From Takakia lepidozioides (taxonomy: Eukaryota; Plantae; Bryophyta): 64,000 nucleotides of DNA. How positions within the stretch are numbered: position 1 is the stretch's first letter; every line of letters starts with the position of its first letter. The notes under the pieces were generated by a model, which worked only from the letters and a program-made list of their open reading frames with translations, ran no database searches and was not told where the DNA came from. Location of the stretch: assembly GCA_030704615.1 (NCBI GenBank), contig CM060731.1, positions 76,074,001 through 76,138,000 on the forward strand, written 5' to 3'. Position numbers and translations under genes: made by a program. Shown piece after piece: positions 23,951 to 35,611 of this stretch.

Positions 23951-25945
23951 CCTAAAATCTGCAACCTGTGGGATGTAGAGGCGCCCATTGTAGTAAGGGG
24001 TTGTCTAAGGCTGAAAAAAGTTGCAATATCTCTGATAAGAAGAATGGCCGGAAACAAAGTTAGACCATACATGCATAAAATCTATGACCAAATATACTGA
24101 TCATCAACCACCAACGTCCGGGGAGAACCGGCAGCCAGTTACATGCTAGCCGACTGAATTCCAGAATTTCCGAATGAAATATGAAACCTCATGAAATGGA
24201 TCCGAGGGGAAAAATGGCCGAAGCGGAAATCAACCGGGTGCCCTACTTTTAAGAAGGATATTTGCCTTTCCATTTCATTACAGACAGGAAATCTGCCTTA
24301 GTTGGCAAGGCCTGGATGGATTCCGGCCCTTTTTATATTACAAAAAACGGAAATGGCCGTAGAAGTCTGCCACATGGCAGAATTCCAACGTGCTAGGCCG
24401 GGTTACATCCGAGGAAGGGCGTTTACGTGAAAAAATATTGAACTCAAGAGGGCGGCCCGCGGGCAAACCCTACTAAGTCTGGTCGTTGCTCTCGCATCCC
24501 CAGCCCCACGCCTGCTTGCACTCGCTGCCTGCTATCACAGCTCACCTGTCCACGCGGGTTCAATTCTTGACCTCCATATGGTTTGAAGGCGTTGACAGGT
24601 CCAACTTCTATAAGGATACAATGTTCTTCACTTGTTTGATTGCTTAAAACTGGTTGTGATTATTTCTTATTATTATTATTTACTTATTGTTGTGCATTTG
24701 ACACTTGTGTTGTCAACCAGTTGATATTTATAAGGGCCGGATTTATAGCTGAACACAAAATAAATCATTAGGAATATTACCGGTTGTAAAGAAATTATCT
24801 CGGAAATTGACCGGGTATAGTTACCACTAAGGGGCAGCAACCGACTGCCCAACCCACTTAGCCGATTGCTGCTGGGAATGAGCGGCTACTGGCTGGTTCA
24901 ACTGAAATTATTTCCCGGACGCTGCCAACCACTATGTGCTTTGATGAAATCTAAAGAACTATTAATGGGTCGCTAAGCTTATTCAAAAAAAATTATTGTG
25001 TGGATTTCAATCCTAGCCATCCTTGAGGTGGGACCAAGAGGATAGTCTTTATCATAAACAAGTATTTCTTTTAGTTGGGTTGGATTCCTTACAAAGTAAA
25101 AGTGAACATGAATCACTAAACATTTTAGTGCTTGTGTAAATATGTGAGTGAAGAGTCATCTATGAATGAAGCTTTCACTCATTCCTATGTACGATAATAT
25201 GTACCCAGGCGTTGGAAAAATAAAATTGACCAAAGGCCAAATGACATCTAGGAGTTTTTCTGAAGTACCGGGTGGTAAATACATGGGCCTCAGATGGCTA
25301 GTGGATGTGGGCCCATATCCAGTCCATGCCCAAGTGAACCTTGAAGGGAGCGCCATAAGTACTTCGATATCGCGTAGGATTGTACACCAACGTACGAGGC
25401 GGCATAGCACTCTGCAGCAAGGTACAAGAGGTCAGCATAGTGAGGTACGAAGGGTGCACAGTAGTAGAGGCGAGCTACGAGCTGTCACCAGTGCAAAAGG
25501 CGAGTAGAGTAAATAAGTTAGGAGAGGAAGAGAGAAGTGCTTCGCATAGGACAGGCAGTGAGCAGTACCACAGTTGAGCAATAAATAGGAGAGGAAGGTA
25601 GAACTTCGAACCCACCATGGAGGGCAATGAAAAACACTGCTGTGTGGGAAGAGAGGGAGGGGCCGACCTAGGAAACTTACGACGAAGGATAGAATTGCAT
25701 CAAAAGCCTTTGAGGTTTCATGTACAGTTGGCATAGGAGGATGCGACATCTAGGTGCAACTTTTTGAGTCCTTAAGGAACTGTACATTCCTATGTATTGC
25801 GGACATATGAACCCTGCTGTTTGTATCGCTTGACCTATGCTGCTGAATTTTTATATGTAAACTATCTATTGCAGTTACTCTCATCGCGTTATATGTTGCT
25901 GTTTTTGCGTTCGGAATTTTGGAAGAGTGAAGTGAATATGTAAAC

Positions 25946-25948
<3 letters not shown>

Positions 25949-25984
<36 letters not shown>
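25949..25984. repeat. (GA)n microsatellite
   Basis: Uninterrupted GA dinucleotide run. Confidence 0.95.
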
Positions 25985-25986
<2 letters not shown>

Positions 25987-26929
25987 TTGTATGTAAATGA
26001 AGCTTTCACTCCTTCCTATGTACGATAATAATTAGGCCCTCAAGTTTTTCCGCCATACATCATACCTAAATTATCTCTATTTCCCTATCTTCCCTCTCGT
26101 TTTTTTTTTTCACTGGAAGTTCTGTTGACTATGATGCATTATAACCTATCTTTTTTTTTTTCAGTTTTTTCATTTTCATTTTTCATATGTAAATCCACCG
26201 AATGCACATGAGCGAGAATAGTGTGAGAAGGTTAGAAAAGTGGCTATATATAAGGTGGCCCATTTTAACAAGCCCATGTAGGCAAAATCAGATTCAACTA
26301 GGGCGCACTATGACGAATTTTTTATTTTTACCCCGCATAATGTCCTTATAATGCCATTTTCTAGGTCAAAATCTGACTATTTTTTGCCAGAAGAAAACCC
26401 TGATGATAACCCACCCAAAAAGAAGGTTGACTCACAGGGTTCATGTCATTTCATTTTGAAGGTGGACTCTTGCCCCACACATTAAGGTGGTTGATTAACG
26501 TAGCGACAATTTTTGTATAAGCTAGGTTGGCAATAATGGGTAACATCCAGTCAATGCTATGTGACTTTGAGCCCACAACTACCTAATAAAGCAACCACTT
26601 AATAAAGTGGACTTGTGCCATACCCATTGGGCCACATGTTGGATGCTTGACCAACCCAACTATAAAAAGTTGGTGATACTAGGTCAACTGGCCCTTTAAT
26701 GTGTTGGCACATAATTGTGGAACCGAAACCGAAGGTTCCTTCACAAATGCAAGAACCGCCCAACACTGGTACATAAAGACTTTTGAATCATTGGGGAGCA
26801 CCAGGTTGTCGGTTAGAGCCCTTAGAAAAGGTCCACCTTCCAAATAAAAAGAGTGGCCATTTGGGAGACACCATAATAACACACTTTTTGACAATAGTCA
26901 AATTTTTGCTTGTTCTACTTTGCCAGCAT

Positions 26930-27162
26930 CAGTGATTTTTTTCTTAACTTTGAAAAATAGCGCGAGTGGCTACAAGAAATAACTGATAGAATCATCCTCC
27001 TATGTACTTTCATCCATTTATATCATCCACATTTGGCAAATTCATCCTTTTTCTTTTTTTTTTCCTTGTAGAAGTTTGGCGATTTCATCCATGAAAAAAT
27101 TAGGAATTTATGACAGAATATTATATTTTAATGTTTTGAGGTCGCCAAGAAAAAAAACACTG
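26930..27162. mobile_element. hAT-type MITE, 233 bp
   Basis: TIRs CAGTGATTTTTTTCTT and AAGAAAAAAAACACTG. Perfect 8-bp TSD GCCAGCAT (26922-26929 and 27163-27170). Confidence 0.9.
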
Positions 27163-28981
27163 GCCAGCATATGATGATAGACAACAAATTGGATGAAAAG
27201 TGCTGAGTTTTAGATGAATATGTGTTATTTTTTCCTAAATGTGAATGCGTTGTCGAAGGAAGCGATAACTTATGTTGTCACTTGATCCCCAAAGTATAGC
27301 CTTAAAGGGGGAAGGGAAGATCCCTACCTTTCAGCCTTGCTGCTGTTGCTGTCTGTTATACACCCCCCTCTCTAGCATTGCTATAGAGGAAAGGAGGGTT
27401 TGGGCTTAACCACAAATGGACACCTTTGCGGCATCCAACCTGCAACCACTTGTGAGGGAGCTTATGCCCTTATCACTTGACTAAATGTTGGTAGTCACAA
27501 ATATTTGTAGATTGTGAGTGGATGCTCTTTACACCCACAAAGGAGAATCCTTGGCAAAACTTTCCATACAATATTTGTATCAACAAATTCCCACCTGCCA
27601 TAAGCTCTATACGGTCAAACTTGGATAAATATCACCTTTACGATTTTTTTTATTTTTTATTTTTTACGAGTTAAAGACGGACGGTATAAGTGTTAACAAC
27701 TTTGTACTTTCAGCTATTTTACAAAGATAAATGTTATATGTTATTTGTTAAAGAAAAGTACTCATCTATTTCATGATGTCGTTAATTATTGCTTTTATTT
27801 TAGATGAGATTAGGCGTCATTGTCAAGAATTACTAAACACATATATGTTGTACCTTTGCCAAGTATCACCTCCTCTCTTTTGCTGAAAACCATTCCCATG
27901 CTCGAGGTAAATCTGGGTAATTGAACAACTTATGAAAAATAAATGGATGATTTTTCAAGTTTATTATAGATGAAAGTAGATTCTACTATTCACAAACACG
28001 AATAATCTATACTGTGCTAGCATATGCACTAGCCGCTTGTTTTAGAACATTTTATTTTTATTTTTCAACAAGTGGTTATCCCTGTGACTGTGTACATGAT
28101 TTTTCTCTTTTGAATAATTTCATTAAATCCACAAACAGTTAGAAACCGGAAGGTAGAGGGTAAAGAGACATCATAAGTGACGTTTGCTTCCTACCATAGA
28201 TGCTCATGAACAACATCCAATAGATGGCCCAATGGTTACTGTTTTACAAGTGGTTGGGGTTCAAAATTACATATGTGTATTTTTTATATCACCCATTATA
28301 GCCAACCCAAGTATAAAAGAGGGAGTAGTCGGTCAATTACCACTATCGCAAAACAACTCTATATGGAGTGCCCAAGACCGAAGGCACGATGGTGTGATCA
28401 CTTCAACCTGTGATAACACTTGAACAATCCTTCACCTATATACAAGCCACAACATAGCCACAACATTAATATTTTGAAAACAACCTAAAGTTGCCCGCAC
28501 CATATTCTTTTTAGCCATACATTTTACTGCTATCAAATCCCTTATAGCTCTCATTCTCAACAAGCCTCAAATGGGCTTAAAAAATAAATAAATAAAGCCT
28601 CGGATGGGCTCTCTTGCTTTAGCAAAACACAAGAGGAAGGTGAGACTAGGGAGCATAACTCCGCACAACACACCCACCAATCGGTGCCTTGACACAATGT
28701 AAGGTCCTTTTACCACATTTTCTCGTTGCCTTGAACATGATGGGTAACCTCTCCTTCTGCAAAAGAACCAGTAAATGCAAGATTGAAAGTGGTCAACTAG
28801 TTGGCCGTAGATGTCTTATTTGATAATACCCATACCCGCAATGGAAAAGGATATTATTTACCCTAACTCCGGTTGGCCTCATCTCTCTATCTTACCTCAC
28901 CTCCATATAACCCGTAAGGGGAAGAGGCTCTTATTTGCGCTAGCTCCGGCTGGCGTCATATATATATATATGTCAATGTTA

Positions 28982-29346
28982 GGGCCGCTTTACACTAGGG
29001 CCCAAGCCCAAGAAAACCTGGGCTCAATTTCTACCACTCTTGGGTTGGTCTTGGGCCAATTTCAACGGTCGTGATGAAACGATCATGATCAAACAAAAAT
29101 GTTCTATTTTTATACCAAACTTCATTGGCCCCAGAGTGGAGAGTTGGGTCTCCAACTCTCCACTCCATGAAGGTTTCCTTGTTCTTGGGTTGGCCCAAGA
29201 AGTTGGCGCCAAAACTTGTGCCATGTAGGCAAATGACCCACTTCCATTTTCTTGGGCCGGGCCGTAGTGTATGTAAAGCCGTTGGGCCCAATTTTCAGGC
29301 CTCCACCAATGGGAACGCTCCATTCTCCCCTAGTGTAAAGGGGCCC
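28982..29346. mobile_element. PIF/Harbinger (Tourist-like) MITE, 365 bp
   Basis: TIRs GGGCCGCTTTACACTAGGG and CCCTAGTGTAAAGGGGCCC. TTA TSD on both sides. Confidence 0.9.
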
Positions 29347-32207
29347 TTAATCATCAATAGTTGCTTTTGGGCTGCTGGGGACTCCCTTTCATCTTTCTTC
29401 CTTTTTTGGCTATGGTGGAGGCCCTAGCTAGCATGTCTCCAGGTTTGGTAGCAGCTTCTATGCAGGTTCTGTGCAGGGTAGGGTGCAGATGATATTTGTG
29501 TATGTACGCTGTTCCTTTCCACTGTGCACATGGACTCACGTGGCTTCAGACTGTTCCGATCTGGACTCTGGAGGTTTCATACGGTTAAGAAAGCTTGAGC
29601 AATCCATTCTATGCTTGCCCATACTTGATCGATGATGTGGAGTACTAGCTATTTTAGCTGGATGGCATCAGGTGGGCCCTTGGTCCCAACGCGCTTACAT
29701 ACGTAAGTACAAGGAGCCGATTTGGTGAAGGATAAGCGAGATGGAGCGGTGCTACAGGTCCAGACAATATCCGGAGAACGCGGTGCAAGATTGTCTTTTC
29801 CTCCATCCTCTGCACATCTGTCCTCCATCCACCAGTACTTACCGGTCACACTTATGATCGATGCCAAAACCCCACACTCCTGGAGCACCCTGGGATCCCA
29901 TCCCCATATACAGACATGTCTGTCCAGACTCCGATTTGTCCATATACATATCCGCTCCTATTTCAAGGCTCCTCTCTTTGTGGCTTTTCTCCCGTACTAA
30001 CGAGGGCCATGTTTCCTTGCAGTGGTTCAGAAACAAGGAAACATGGGAGACAGGGAAGATCGCTGGTACACAAACCGAAGATGGTGATCAATAATGTTAT
30101 TGCAAAAAATAGAGACGGCACAACCTGGGACGGTTTGCCAAGCAAGTCACTCCAAAATTCATGACGTTGAGGAAAGCGCAGACAGTAAGACCGGGTCCAG
30201 GCCACCCCCAGTCCTATACCCAACAGCCACGGCGTACTTTGGATGTCAACAACCGGGAAAGTGACATTGTTTGTGTGGGGTGTGTCGCAAATCCATTGCC
30301 ACAAGTTAGTGGCAATCGCTTCTTCAAAACACTAGCTTATTTTAGCATGTAGTATTCGCGGAGAGAATGTAGGTAGGTCTGGAGAATGCCGCTATACCAT
30401 TGGGAAGCTGTAATCAGAGCAACAACTGATGGCGTGGGCATTGGGTCTGGCAGCAAATCACTGATCTCTATCTAGAACGCCCTGATCTAGAACTAAATCA
30501 AGATATACCTTCTGGCTCCTTTTCAACCGCAGTGAAGAGTTTGTAGGGTTAAATCCAAGCAAGTATGCAGGTATGGTACAGATTGGAGAAAACTTGCACA
30601 ATGCAGATCGCAATACACTACATGCATGGAAGCTTCAACCTGTATAAAATGGTCATATTCAATGCTTCTCTATCCGTGCAATCTTTCCAAAATATCGGGA
30701 CTCTGACCCCATCATCAGCTGCTGCATAAACAATCCAATCTCTCTCCCGTCTGCACCACAAACACTCGTGTTATTATCCACCTTAAAGCTGCAAGTCTTT
30801 GTGGTGCAGATAGAAAGAGCTTGCTCGCAATGATCCACTGGATGCTTGCAAGCTTTTCGTTGTCAAGCGAGGCATTGCAGGAGGCGATAATTGCACGCGG
30901 GAAGATCAAAGGAAGACGACGATCCTCGCCTATCCACTCCCGATCTTCCTGTGGTGACCCTGCCTCGCAATCCATACCCTGGATGAGATCATCCATCTAG
31001 GATCTCCTTTTCCGGGACCCGTGCGGCCGGCCGGCGGCGCCCGCGCTCCACGTGGGCCACACCCGGTGCGCCCGTTCTGGTTCGCCCTATTTCCTGGTTA
31101 GGAACCGTTGGATCTACAAATACACGGTCATTATTAATGGCTTCTCGGGCCCACTCTTTGAGCCCCGGCCTGTCCACCGCTCCTTAGGACCCAATATCTT
31201 AGCGACACGTGGAAGAATCTTCCAACATGGATTTGTAAAGAACTCTCATATGTGCACGTCATTCGAAATATTTTCTTATATGTTTTTAAAGTTTTTGAAT
31301 TTTTGAATTTTTCTTTGGTAATCTTTCAGCGGCTAAAGGATTCATCATTGTTTTGGAAACAAGTGCACAGTGTGTCGCCCTGGTGGTTCGGGGTTCAAAC
31401 CCGCTGCCCTGCCCCCTGTGTGGTATTGCTTGGGATTGTTGGTGACGGTATGTCTGGGCGTTGATCGTCCTGTAGCTCTAATGGCCCATAAATGAAAGGG
31501 GGTTAATTTTTCCCCCTCCTCAAGGTCCTGAATTGTGGGGTGTCGCTCCCAGGTTTCCTTTTTAAAAAAAAACACTTGGGCTCCTCATTATAAAAAGGAA
31601 AGTAAAAGTATGACGCATTCCGAAGGAAGCATAAATTATGGTGTCTCTTGACACGCAAGGGCTACTGCCTTCTGGTTAGAAGGTGGACACTAGACACCTT
31701 TGTGACAACAAGCAATGGATTGAAGGATTGAACCCACAACCACTTCTGCTTGAGAAACTTCTTTTGCCGGACAGTGCTGGCAGAAAGAAGTTGAAGTCGA
31801 AAGTGGAGGAGAACTTTACAGTGTCACGTGAAGGGTGGCAGAATTGGGGCCATTGGATCCGTAATGTCAAGGACGGATAAAGTTGTTATGGCAAAGTTAG
31901 TCAAAAAGTGGAGATCCTCTCATCCATGAAAGAGGTAATTAGTTTGTGCAGTCTTAGGTAAGTTAGTCTCTTATTGATGACCGACATACTAGTAAGTGAC
32001 GCTGGGAAATCCTCGAAATCAGTCGGCTAGCATGTAACTAGCTGCCGGTTCTCCCCCTTGGTTGCATCGAGGGTCCAATGGACGGTCTGAAGGCACATGT
32101 TGAAGGATTGAACCCAGGATCACCTAGGTTATGCACAGGCAAGGCACAAACACCCAACCACTGGGCATTTTAACTGGGCATCTGACCCACTTAAGATGTC
32201 GCCAACA

Positions 32208-32440
32208 GTCAGTAATTCAGTTGGATAGTACAGTGAGTGACGCTCAGATGATTCTGGGATCAAATCCAGCTGCCTTGATGGGTGTCCTATGTTCTTCTCC
32301 CCTTTCCCTTGAGCGGTGCCATGTGAAAGCCTTCACTGCGAGGTTACTGTGAAGGAGGCTATTTTCTCCTCTCACTATATTTACGGGGCCTGATTTGTGA
32401 GCTGTGGCTCCTAGGTGTTTCCTTTTATAAAAAATCTTAA
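32208..32440 (+). mobile_element. tRNA-derived SINE-like element, degenerate copy
   Basis: A-box-like TAATTCAGTTGG and B-box-like GGATCAAATCC. Shares the 3' block GGGGCCTGATTTGTGAGC with 33959-34140. Confidence 0.55.
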
Positions 32441-32476
32441 AAAATCACTAGAAAACTAGTTCCATTTTACATACAA

Positions 32477-33149
32477 CTAGGGTCGCCTTGCGTTGGGCCA
32501 AGTGTCCACTGTCATCTAAGTCCAAGTGCAATCCCCTTATGTATCCAAGTGCATCTCCTGTGTGGAGGCCCATGTCTGAAGAATTGAAATCAATATATTA
32601 AATTGAAGAATGTGTGGTACCTCAATGAATTAATGTTTAAAAAATATAGGCCCAACCTCCCAAAGGGGCAGTAGTAGTCGTAAGGTGAAGTGGCTCTTAG
32701 TTACGCCAATCCTTACCGACCGGAGTCTTGTCTCTGTTTAAAGCATATTGTCGACATGAACAAAGTGAGCAACAATGTAATGTGATTCAGAGATTGGAAT
32801 TTGGTGAAAGAGTTAGAGGCTTACATTAATACTTATGTATATACAATCATATATTGAAAAATAAATAAATAAATCATGAATTTATTGAGAATAATATATC
32901 CAATCATTGTTCCAGGAAAGACCACTTTGTTATTTTTCAAGAATTTCCAGCGATCAAAAGTACTTGAAATTCGATATCTCCGACACTGTATGTCCAAAAA
33001 TTATGAGACCAAGTCACTCCACCCCTCCTCATCCAGGGCTTTCCAACGGTACCTACCAAGCACCATGGGCTGGGCCCGCGGTTTGGGCGATCTCAACGCT
33101 ACAAAACAAAACAAACAAACAAACTATCTTGCTTCATATATTATATTGA
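32477..33149 (-). mobile_element. Helitron-like non-autonomous element, copy 2
   Basis: On the minus strand it begins A^TC (33149) and ends with a GC-rich imperfect hairpin GGCCCAACGCAAGGCGACC then CTAG^T (32477), the canonical Helitron termini. Homologous to 21300-21614. Confidence 0.7.
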
Positions 33150-33469
33150 TCAATGTGGCCCCTAAATATCTATGGAAGAAATATAGATTATACCCTGCAA
33201 TCATTTGTTGTGATCTGCCCTTATCTAGCTATGTAATATTCCAGTGCGGAATGTGACTCAAAAGAGAATACATCCGCAGTGAAGGGGTTGGGATGTACCC
33301 AAGATGGCCGACAAGATCTGCACCCAATGGATGTATGAAAAAGATCATCTTTTCTTTAATTCTAAATCCAATCTTTTGTAGGAATAGCCTAGAGCTCTGA
33401 GAGAGAGGGCTCCAGCCATTCCTCACTTGGTGGGAAAATCCCTCTCGTATGGTGCCAACCTCTCTAACT

Positions 33470-33858
33470 AAGGCCCCCGCACCTGCCGGTTAGGTAACCA
33501 ACGGCTAACCGGTCAGTTACGTGACTGGCCTGATAGCTAATTAATCCTCGGCCACACCTGCCGGTTAAGTTAACTGGTGTAACGTAGTTGACAAACCGTG
33601 CTGATGCCCGAATTCTTTATCTGCCTGCACGATGGCATCGCCTTCTTCTCTCTCCCCCTTCGCGCACCGCAGCCCGAGGTTTAACACCTCCATGGAGGAG
33701 GTGTTAAATATCGGCCACTCCCCGTTACAGGATTTAACCGGCTATTAACTGCCGGTTAGCTCACCGGCTTTCTAATCGGCAGGTGCGGCCGTCGTCGTGC
33801 CGCTAACGCCGATTAGCTAACCTAATTGACTTCCTAACTAGCAGGTGCGGCCGGGGGA
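33470..33858. mobile_element. Foldback/MITE-like element with nested inverted repeats
   Basis: CACCTGCCGGTTA occurs twice on the left (~33480, ~33555) and GCAGGTGCGGCCG twice on the right (~33779, ~33841). Central near-palindrome TTAACACCTCC-ATGGA-GGAGGTGTTAA. Confidence 0.65.
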
Positions 33859-33958
33859 TAAGAGATCCTGGCTGGGTTTTTAGGGTTCAGAGAGCACCTT
33901 CCAATTAAGTACACAATGAATGAATATTAATCAGAATACTTAATGGCCTGTGCTACCT

Positions 33959-34140
33959 GTCGGTAGCTCAATTGGATTGTGCACTGGCTGCCACCTAGGC
34001 GGTTCAGGGATCAAATCCTGCTACGTACTTGTGGGTGGTATAATGTATAATCTTCTCAGAGAGGTCAGAGTATTTTTCTCTAATTAAGGGGCCTGATTTG
34101 TGAGCGGGCAGTGATTTAATTTAAAAATAAATAAAATACA
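33959..34140 (+). mobile_element. tRNA(Gly)-like SINE
   Basis: A box TAGCTCAATTGG, anticodon-loop-like CTGCCAC, B box GGATCAAATCC, a body shared with the 32208 copy, and an A-rich tail. There is no intact acceptor stem, so it is not called a tRNA. Confidence 0.65.
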
Positions 34141-35535
34141 TATATATAATTCGAGGAACATTATTAAAAACTATAAAAACAAGAAAGAAACGTATGCTCG
34201 CCACATGGCAGCACGAGGGACGTGTAGTTATGGGGTAGTTACGTGTTTCCGAATACACATCTGCCAGCTGGTAGTTTGTGAATGGTCCGGCTAGTGGGTG
34301 GGTGGCACCAGGCTTGAGATTTCATTTCGACTAAGAATAAATAAAAAGTAAAATTCTTATTTTATTTTGGCTGGCCCTTCACGCCTGTGCAGGGCTGCCA
34401 CTATGGCAATCCGCAAGTTATCATATACGTGCAGACTGGAGGGAAGCCAATGGTATGATTGCGCTGCCTGGCGAAGGTTCGAACCCTACACCTGCTCTTC
34501 TTGTGGTAAGTCAGATGGAAGGGTAAAAAATCTGGAAGGGTAAATCTGCTTTTCAAATCTCGTCCGGGCGGGCACGCGGGGTGGCCCGGCCCGGCGAGGA
34601 GCAGGGTGCTATATGTGGGAAGGAGGGAGGGCTGCACGGTGACCCTCTGCCTTCCATCTTCGTCTCGCTGCTTCACCGCGCCGCGGTTGCTGAACAGAGG
34701 ACGTGCTTCACCTTCTCACCACTCACATTTCTGCATTACGGTTGTTGCGCTCTTGATCTTGCTGTGCACTCGTTGGTTTCCTGCCGCTCTTGTTGGTAGC
34801 GGTGCTGTGAGAGCTCGTTGCTTCGGTGGTCGTTCCTTCTGTGTACGTTACGGGGTTTCTTGTCAAGTGTTGGGAGCGAAAGAGAAGCTGTGTTGGTGTA
34901 TCCGAAAGTAATCTGGTCTGGGGGTGACATTTTGCAGTTTGTCTGGGATTTGTGCCTGTGTTCTCTGGCAGTTTGAGCGGCATCTGTTGAGGGGGCGTCT
35001 TCCTGGGGTGGGGGAAGTTTATCCGGTCTGTGTTTTGCATTGCAGGGGCTTCCCTCTCCCATTCGGTATCGGTGAAGAAGCGCTAATTTCTTGCTCTTGT
35101 TGCTGTCTGGATAGGTGGGCTAATCGCGGAAGCTGGGTGGTTGGGAGGGGCTGGGTGGTTTTTTCTTAGCAATCCAAGAACCTTCAGTGTTTCCTTCTCT
35201 CTGTTTTTTTCTGTTTGCATTCTGATCTTTCGAGCAATTCAGTCTGGGGTTCTACGGGTGGCATAGGTTCCATCGTCGCGAGTTATTCAAGGGATTTTGT
35301 AAGCGAGGATTGCAACTCTTTTCAGAAGTTCTTTTCTTTCTCGGGCCTGCTTTCGTCTGTTTCTCGTAGTTGAGCCCCGTGTTACAGGTTGGTCGAGGAG
35401 GCTACTACTCAACTTCTCTACGTATCTAAAACTAGCCCTGCTGGCGATCTCCGTGATATATGAGCAAGCTCTCTTCATCTCTTCCGCTCCCAAGTTGCTC
35501 TCAAAACTTTTAGAAAATTGATTCAACACCAATCG

Positions 35536-35557
35536 AGCCGAGGCTCCGGCCTCGGCT
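35536..35557 (+). promoter_or_regulatory. GC-rich hairpin in the ADC 5' leader (ADC-box-like translational cis-element)
   Basis: AGCCGAGGC-TCCG-GCCTCGGCT forms a perfect 9-bp stem with a 4-nt loop, ending 55 nt before the ATG. It resembles the conserved GCCGGGGCTCCGGCCTCGGC core I recall from angiosperm ADC leaders. Confidence 0.75.
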
Positions 35558-35611
35558 TCTTGCTAGGAGTGTACTTCGTAGGATATTATATCTTAGTGCT
35601 AGAAGGAAGAG

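Larger units (their letters stand above)
24120..32056. mobile_element. 52-bp terminal inverted repeat pair enclosing 7.9 kb (putative large non-autonomous DNA transposon)
   Basis: GGGGAGAACCGGCAGCCAGTTACATGCTAGCCGACTGAATTCCAGAATTTCC (24120-24171) matches the reverse complement of 32005-32056 at 48 of 52 positions. No TSD found. Confidence 0.6.

Noticed and set aside
33959-34030. tRNA-Gly gene
   Set aside because: The acceptor and T stems do not pair properly, and it continues into a body shared with a second copy, so it is treated as a SINE.
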